A stretch of 22,260 nt of DNA, taken from assembly GCA_046262595.1 (NCBI GenBank), contig JBHEMM010000015.1:1-22260 (forward strand), written 5' to 3'. Below the pieces are notes generated by a model. It worked only from the letters and a program-made list of their open reading frames with translations. It was not told the DNA's origin and ran no database searches. A program made the position numbers and the translations under genes. Position 1 is the stretch's first letter, and every line of letters begins with the position of its first letter. Of this stretch, positions 15,180 through 22,260 are shown piece after piece. Source of the stretch: Vulcanimicrobiaceae bacterium (lineage in GTDB: Bacteria > Vulcanimicrobiota > Vulcanimicrobiia > Vulcanimicrobiales > Vulcanimicrobiaceae).

Positions 15180-16811
15180 TTGAAACGTCTGATTGGGCTC
15201 GCCGTGCTTGGCGGGCTTCTTGCCGGGTGCACGCAAAGCGGAAATTCCGCCTCATCGGGCACCGCGGCAACGGCCGGATCGGGAACGCTGCGGGTTGCGA
15301 TTCAACAGGACGTCAAGAACCTCAACCCGCTGCTCAATTCGAACACCACCGACGGCTTTATCGCGCGTCTGATGTTCGAACCGCTGGTATCGGCCGACGA
15401 CAAAGGCGGCACCGTTCCGATGCTCGCCTCGCCGGTACCGACGCTTGAGAACAAGGGCATCAGCAAAGACGGTCTGACGATCACGTACCATCTGCGCAAA
15501 GACGTGAAATGGAACGACGGCGTGCCGGTCACATCCAAAGACGTAAAGTGGTCGTGGCAAGCCATCATGAACACGAAAAACAACATTATCTCGCGTCACG
15601 GGTATGACGTCGTAAGCTCGGTCGATACGCCGGATGCATACACGGTCGTCGTGCACCTCAAACAGAAGTTCTCGCCTTTCATCAACTCGTTCTTCGCGGA
15701 TTCCGATCAGCCGTATTCCGTCGCGCCCGAACATGTGCTCGCGAAGTATGCCGATATCAACCAGATTCCGTTCAACGCCAATCCGAACGTCAGCGACGGC
15801 CCGTTCCGGTTCGTGCGCTGGGTGCACGGCGATCACATCGAACTTGCCGCGAACGACCAGTTCTTCATGGGCAAGCCCGGGCTGCGAAACATCTATCTGC
15901 GCATCGTGCCGAGCGAAACGACCACCGTAAACCTGCTGCGCACCCACGACATCGACTGGATGTTCCAGGCGTCGGTTTCAAACTATCCCAGCCTCAGAAA
16001 TATTCCGGGCGTGAAACTCGTCTTTGTGGACGTGAACGGTTATGAAGACGTCCAGCTTAACGTCCAGCGCCCTGCGCTGCAGGACGTTCGCGTGCGCCAA
16101 GCCGTCGCTTACGCGATCGATAAGCCGCGCATCGTGCAGACCCTCACATACGGAACGCAGCCGATCGCGCTTTGGGACATGCCGAAGTTCATGTGGGCCT
16201 ACGATCCGAACGTGACGCCCGTCTACACGCATAACGTGCAGATGGCCAAAAAACTGTTGGCCCAAGCCGGATACACGCGTGGCGCGAACGGCATGGTTTC
16301 CAAAGGCGGCGAACCGCTTACACTCGTCATGGTGAGCAACAACAGCAACGTTACGCGGCGAAAGAACACCGTTGAAGTGCAGGCGATGCTGCGTGAAGTC
16401 GGCATCGACGCGCAGATCAAATACTACGATGGTGACGTGCTGTTCGCGCCCGTGGGCGAAGGGGGCATTCTGCAAGGCGGGAAATTCGATCTGGCCCTCG
16501 CCGGCTGGTATGCCGGCGTCGACCCCGACGATTCCTCGCAGTTCGCTTGCGCGAACGTCGCGCCGGCGGGCTACGACTACTCGCGCTACTGCAGCCCGGA
16601 GATGGACGCGGCGCAAAAAATGGCGCTTGAAAACTACGATCTTCCCACGCGCAAGAAAGCGTATTCACAGATCCAGCACCTGCTCGCACGCGATCTTCCC
16701 GAAATCTTCTTCTACGATCTGCGCACGATGGAACCGGTGAGCGAGAACTTCAAAGGTTTCCGTCCGAACCCGGTGATCGAATCCTGGAACGCTTGGGAAT
16801 GGAGTATTTAG
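15180..16811 (+). CDS. Peptide/oligopeptide ABC transporter substrate-binding lipoprotein (family 5)
   Basis: TTG 15180 after GGAGG; lipobox LAGC; YHLRKDVKWNDGVPVTSKDV family-5 signature; GPFRF, DVRVRQAVAYAID. Confidence 0.93.
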   Translation: MKRLIGLAVLGGLLAGCTQSGNSASSGTAATAGSGTLRVAIQQDVKNLNPLLNSNTTDGFIARLMFEPLVSADDKGGTVPMLASPVPTLENKGISKDGLTITYHLRKDVKWNDGVPVTSKDVKWSWQAIMNTKNNIISRHGYDVVSSVDTPDAYTVVVHLKQKFSPFINSFFADSDQPYSVAPEHVLAKYADINQIPFNANPNVSDGPFRFVRWVHGDHIELAANDQFFMGKPGLRNIYLRIVPSETTTVNLLRTHDIDWMFQASVSNYPSLRNIPGVKLVFVDVNGYEDVQLNVQRPALQDVRVRQAVAYAIDKPRIVQTLTYGTQPIALWDMPKFMWAYDPNVTPVYTHNVQMAKKLLAQAGYTRGANGMVSKGGEPLTLVMVSNNSNVTRRKNTVEVQAMLREVGIDAQIKYYDGDVLFAPVGEGGILQGGKFDLALAGWYAGVDPDDSSQFACANVAPAGYDYSRYCSPEMDAAQKMALENYDLPTRKKAYSQIQHLLARDLPEIFFYDLRTMEPVSENFKGFRPNPVIESWNAWEWSI

Positions 16812-17350
16812 GCTCTCCCGACCCTATCGGCAGGGTCCAAGATCTTACGTGGCTGCGTAAGATGATCGTCGAACGCGCGCTGACGCGCGGAGATTACGTC
16901 CTTTCCGGCGGCGCACGCAGCGATTACTATATCGACAAGTTCCGCCTGTTCTCCGATCCGCACGTTCTGCGCCGCATCGCGCGCCTGTTCGTTCCGATCG
17001 TGTCGGAGATCAGTCCCGATCTGATCGCGGGAACCGAGTTGGGCGGCGTCGTCATCGCGACCGCAGTTTCGCAACTGGCAAACATTCCGTTACTCGCGGT
17101 GCGTAAAATGCCCAAAGGCTTCGGCGCCTTTCCGGGGGAGTACGTCGAAGGACCTTACGAAGCCGGCCAGCGCGTGCTGCTGCTTGAAGACGTGGTAACG
17201 ACGGGCCGCGAGCTGCTCGCATCCAAAGCGCGGCTCGAAGAGCTCAACCTGCGCGTCACCTGCTGCGCCGTCGTCAGCCGCGGCCTCGCGCCGGTGCGCT
17301 CGCTGATTCAATTCTCTTTACCGCGGGGTCAAGCCAAAACCGACAACTGA
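16799..17350 (+). CDS. pyrE: Orotate phosphoribosyltransferase-like type I PRTase
   Basis: GDYVLSGGARSDYYID, RK..K loop, PRPP motif VLLLEDVVTTG; start uncertain. Confidence 0.75.
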   Translation: MEYLGSPDPIGRVQDLTWLRKMIVERALTRGDYVLSGGARSDYYIDKFRLFSDPHVLRRIARLFVPIVSEISPDLIAGTELGGVVIATAVSQLANIPLLAVRKMPKGFGAFPGEYVEGPYEAGQRVLLLEDVVTTGRELLASKARLEELNLRVTCCAVVSRGLAPVRSLIQFSLPRGQAKTDN

Positions 17351-17362
17351 TGCAAATGCGTC

Positions 17363-17776
17363 TTAAAACGAAGCGAGGACGTCGGCTGCATGGCCTTCCA
17401 CGGAGACTTTCGGCCATACTTTGATCAGCGTGCCGCTCGCGTCGAAGAGAAACGTCGAACGTTTCTCGCTTCCGCATGCTTCGATCAGCCTGCCTTCAGT
17501 GTCGGCGAGCAGCGCAAACGGGATGCCGTACTTTTCTTTGAACTTTTGGTGCGACTCAACGGAATCGCGACTCACGCCCACGATGCGCGCGTTCTTTTCG
17601 TCGAACGTGGTTAAGGCGTCGCGAAACTGCGACGCTTCGTTCGTTCAACCCGGAGTATCGTCTTTGGGATAAAACCACAAGACGAGCGGGCGGCCGGCGA
17701 AATCGCCGGTATTGACGGTGTTGCCGGTGTCATCCGCTAAGGCGATACGCGGCAGAGCCGCGCCGGGATTTAACAT
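17363..17776 (-). CDS. bcp: Selenocysteine-containing peroxiredoxin, Bcp/PrxQ family (137 aa, Sec44)
   Basis: One continuous frame ...FYPKDDTPG-[TGA 17647-17645]-TNEASQFRD...GVSRD...RSTF. The TGA sits exactly at the peroxidatic Cys position, with a hairpin just downstream and a GAGGAAGG RBS. Confidence 0.88.
17616..17635 (-). promoter_or_regulatory. Bacterial SECIS-like hairpin
   Basis: GCGTCGC-AGTTTC-GCGACGC starting 9 nt after the UGA; the loop begins after 16 intervening nt and has G at loop position 2. Confidence 0.7.
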
Positions 17777-17929
17777 ATTGCCTTCCTCTTCATACCGCTT
17801 TGAATTGCGCCGCCACGAGATCGGAGAGCCGGTCGCCGGCCTCATCCGATCAAAGTCGTGGGCCGGAATCAACTCTCCTTCCCGCCAAGGTCATTGACGC
17901 CGGCCACCATAATCACAGGCAGCGAACGC

Positions 17930-18498
17930 ATGAGCCACCTGTCGCCGCAACCGGCAAACATTCGGCCCCACCCGCTCGCGCGCGAGCTGGCGCAGCGCCT
18001 GGCGCCGGGCGCCGCCATTTTGGAGATCGGCGCCGGCGCGAGGCGCAATGCGAACGCGTTGGCGGCAGCCGGATTCGCGATGTACGCCGTCCCAGACGAC
18101 GCCGTCCTTGGGTTCACCGCAAACGACGCGCGCTTCGATGCTGTTTTGAGCACGCACGGATTTCTTCACGGACTGCTCGCGCAGTTGGAGCAGCTCACCG
18201 CGCAGACCGCGCGCAGCTTACGGCAGGGCGCGCTCGCGCATGTGACGCTTGCCTCGACGGCAGACGCGCGATTCGGTTTGGGCCGCGCGATCGCATCGCA
18301 GACGTTCGTTCAAGAAAGCGGCGACGAGGCGGGGGTCGCGCACACGTTTTTCGACCGACGCACCGCTCGCGCGTTGTTCGAAACGCACTTCATCATTGAG
18401 TCACTCGAGGAAACGCACGTGGATGCGGTTGCCGGTGCGTGGGCGCACACGCAGCCGTCGCACGGGCGTGTGCATTGGTTCGTGCGCGCGGTGCGCCG

Positions 18499-18502
<4 letters not shown>
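17930..18502 (+). CDS. Class I SAM-dependent methyltransferase
   Basis: Motif I ILEIGAGARRNA, FDAVLS...LH, LRQGA, HTFF; start placed at ATG 17930. Confidence 0.8.
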
Positions 18503-19789
<1,287 letters not shown>

Positions 19790-19793
<4 letters not shown>

Positions 19794-20899
19794 GCCGTCC
19801 TAATGCGGCGGTGAAAACGGTTGACGGAGAACGCCTCTGGCGCGGGCTCGCCGCGTTCTACGGCGTCCGCCACGCAATGCGCCGTTGCCGGCGCGAGCAG
19901 AATGCCGTTGCGGTAATGTCCGGCCGCCAAGAAATAACCCGCCCGGGAAGTTCCGCCCAAGCACGGCAGCGCGTCGGGCGTTGCCGGCCGCACTCCGGCC
20001 CACGACTCGCTCACCGTAAATCGCGCAAGCGCGGGTGCTGCCCGTACTGCTGCGTCCAGAAGCATGCGCATGCCGCCGGCCGTCACGCGCGTGTCGTCCG
20101 CTTCTTCCACCGTTGCTCCAACCAGCAAACGGCCGTCGGCGCGCGGGACCAAGTATGCTCCGGGAACCCACGTCGCATGCCGCATCAAACCGGCGGGCAG
20201 CGCAAGCGAAAGCATTTGGCCTTTCACCGGCCGCACCGGGACGCTGCATTCCTGCGGAACGCCCGCAATCGCGCCGGCCCACGCGCCCGCCGCATTGACG
20301 ACGACGGGCGAGGCGATATAACCGCGTTCGCAGCGCACGCCGAGCACGCTGCGCGCATCGAACTCGATGCCCATCGCGCGCACGCCGGTTTGAACGCGCA
20401 CGCCCAACGCCTCGCAGGCGGCAAGCAGAGCGCGTCCCAGGCGCCGGTTATCGACGTGTCCCTCTGCGGCAGCGAGCAGCGATCCGCGCACCAATCCGGC
20501 AAGCGCCGGTTCCATGCCCAACGTCTGCTGGCGCGTCTGCATCGAGACCGCGATGCCGCGCGCCTTCAGCGCAGCGGCGCGCTCGCTCAGCGTCTGGAGT
20601 TCGCCGGAATTATAGGCGACGCTCAGAATCCCGTCCAATCGCAAGTGCGGATCGATGCCGGAGCAGCCGGCGACGTCGCGCGCAAACTGCGGATACATCC
20701 CAAGCGACATCTCGCACAGCGCTTGCATCGCGCCCTGCCCAAGGCCTTCGGTAAACGGCGCGAGCATGCCCGCGGCAGCCCAACTGGCCGCGCGAGCCGG
20801 CTGCGCGCCTTCCAAGACGCGTACGGCGGCGCCTCGGCGCGCCAGTTCGAAAGCGACCGACAATCCGATGATCCCCCCGCCGACGACCGTAACCGTCAT
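19790..20899 (-). CDS. thiO: Glycine oxidase ThiO
   Basis: VVGGGIIG, ASWAAAGML, PVKGQ, YLVPR, GATVE, GVRP, GHYRNGILLAP. Confidence 0.96.
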
Positions 20900-21678
20900 G
20901 TTCCGCTGCGCAGAAACGAGCGGATCGCCGCGGGAGTTTCCACCTCGAACGCCGTGACGGTGATCTCTTTCCCGGTTTGCGCAGAGGGCGCCGTCATAAC
21001 GTTCTTGCTGACGACAATGCCGCGTAAGTCGCCCCTCGCGTCAAAAGCGCCGGCACCCGAGTCGCCGCGCGCGCACGTCGGGCAGAACAGCAGCGTTTCA
21101 TGAAGGTGGTGTTCCGCCACACCGGGCGATGCCGTCCAACTTCGCGCGCCGGGATGACCCATGACGACGAAGCGATCTCCGCTCGAAAAGCCGGCCACCG
21201 CGAGATGCGCCCGTGCATGCGGCGGCAGTGCGGTTGCATCCACGTACACCAGCGCCAAATCGCGCGAACGGGAGAGCACGATCTTTTCGGGGCGGCGGAA
21301 CGTGCGATCCGCGAAAAGCACGAACTTGCGCCCGCGGTGCGTCACCAAATGTTTCGCCGTAAGGATTTCGATGCGATGCGCAGCCACAGCAAGCACCACG
21401 CCGGCGCCCATGTATGCCGTTGCCGGCGAGGTGCGAGTTGCGACGATCACCGTCAAGCCGCGCAACTTGCGCTCAAGCGCCGATCCGGCGCTTGCACGAT
21501 ACGCGGCACGTACGAGACGTGCGTCCACGAACATGTCTTTCTGCTGTTGCGCGAAAACGACCAAGCCGCGCTCCGCGGAGGGCAGCATGCGCAGCAAGTG
21601 TACGCCGGCGGCAACGAGACAGAGAAGAGCTGCGGCCGCGAACAGAGCCGACCAATCGAAACGCGGGCGCACGGTCAC
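20896..21678 (-). CDS. Membrane-anchored trypsin-like (S1) serine protease
   Basis: Catalytic triad LTAKHL, DLAL, GDSGAG; N-terminal hydrophobic helix; GTGA overlap upstream (21675-21678) and ATGA overlap with thiO. Confidence 0.85.
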   Translation of the reverse strand: MTVRPRFDWSALFAAAALLCLVAAGVHLLRMLPSAERGLVVFAQQQKDMFVDARLVRAAYRASAGSALERKLRGLTVIVATRTSPATAYMGAGVVLAVAAHRIEILTAKHLVTHRGRKFVLFADRTFRRPEKIVLSRSRDLALVYVDATALPPHARAHLAVAGFSSGDRFVVMGHPGARSWTASPGVAEHHLHETLLFCPTCARGDSGAGAFDARGDLRGIVVSKNVMTAPSAQTGKEITVTAFEVETPAAIRSFLRSGT

Positions 21679-22259
21679 ATGCCCGTGTAAACGGGGCCTT
21701 CGCCTCCCTGCGGCGGCACCCACGTGATGATTTGATACGGGTCGGCAATGTCGCACGTTTTGCAGTGCACGCAGTTCGTGAAGTTGATCGTCAGCGCGCC
21801 CGTAACCGAACCATTGGTTTTTTCAAAAACAGGCTCGTACACTTTGGCCGGACAAAAGTACTGACACGGATTTCCATACTCGACCGTGCATTTGTCCCGG
21901 CAGATGTCAGTGTCGGAAACGTGCAGATGGCAGGGTTGATCTTCTTCGTGAATCGTTCCGCTGTTATAGACGTCCGTGAGTTTGTCGAACGTAACGATGT
22001 TGTCGATGGCGGCGCGTTTGGACTCTTTGGGCCTATAGCCGCGCTTCTCCATGCGCGCGAAACCGGTGCCGCCGTGCAAACGATCCGAAAATCCGAAGCC
22101 GCGTCCTGCGGTGAACATCCCCAGACCCGTGTTTAGCATTCCCGCGAGCAGACCGCTGTGAAAGCCCTGATGGAAGTTGCGCGCGCTGCGCATTTCTTTG
22201 TGCGCCCACGACGCCCGGAACTTGGTTTCCATCGCGCTCAGGCGCGCGGCGGAAGTATC
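21675..22259 (-). CDS. Electron transfer flavoprotein-quinone oxidoreductase, C-terminal part (runs off the right window edge)
   Basis: FDKLTDVYNSGTIHEEDQPCHL, CQYFCPAKVYE, NCVHCKTCDIADP, WVPPQGGEGP; frame is open to the window edge. Confidence 0.93.
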   Translation of the reverse strand, partial: DTSAARLSAMETKFRASWAHKEMRSARNFHQGFHSGLLAGMLNTGLGMFTAGRGFGFSDRLHGGTGFARMEKRGYRPKESKRAAIDNIVTFDKLTDVYNSGTIHEEDQPCHLHVSDTDICRDKCTVEYGNPCQYFCPAKVYEPVFEKTNGSVTGALTINFTNCVHCKTCDIADPYQIITWVPPQGGEGPVYTGM

Positions 22260-22260
22260 G

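Noticed and set aside
17363..17872. bcp as a nonsense pseudogene or as two small genes
   Set aside because: The only stop is TGA at the exact catalytic Cys codon, followed by a SECIS-like hairpin, and the rest of the frame is intact.
20890..21000. TPP riboswitch upstream of thiO
   Set aside because: The region is coding with a 4-nt overlap, and no CTGAGA-type core was seen.

Overview
GC-rich bacterial chromosomal window with no mobile element, rRNA, tRNA or CRISPR array visible. Left to right: (1) a partial SufR-like regulator divergent from a sufC-sufD-sufS-sufU operon, with no sufB in the window and an apparent 8-codon in-frame deletion in sufC; (2) several hypothetical genes and a secreted GH125 mannosidase; (3) an ECF sigma factor coupled to a gene fusing a zinc-binding anti-sigma (ZAS/zf-HC2) domain to an intact O6-alkylguanine-DNA alkyltransferase, flanked by two structured intergenic elements with small ORFs; (4) pcp, a PHP phosphoesterase with a histone-H1-like tail (probable CTG start), an EF-G paralogue, a peptide ABC binding lipoprotein and a pyrE-like gene; (5) a Bcp peroxiredoxin whose catalytic codon is TGA followed by a SECIS-like hairpin, which the ORF track splits in two; (6) a SAM methyltransferase; (7) a minus-strand run of partial ETF-QO, trypsin-like protease, thiO, thiS, thiG and rhodanese. 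The best candidate for an undescribed system is the ECF sigma / ZAS-Ogt pair, a possible Ada-independent alkylation-damage sensing switch. All family calls come from motif recognition by eye, with no database searches run.
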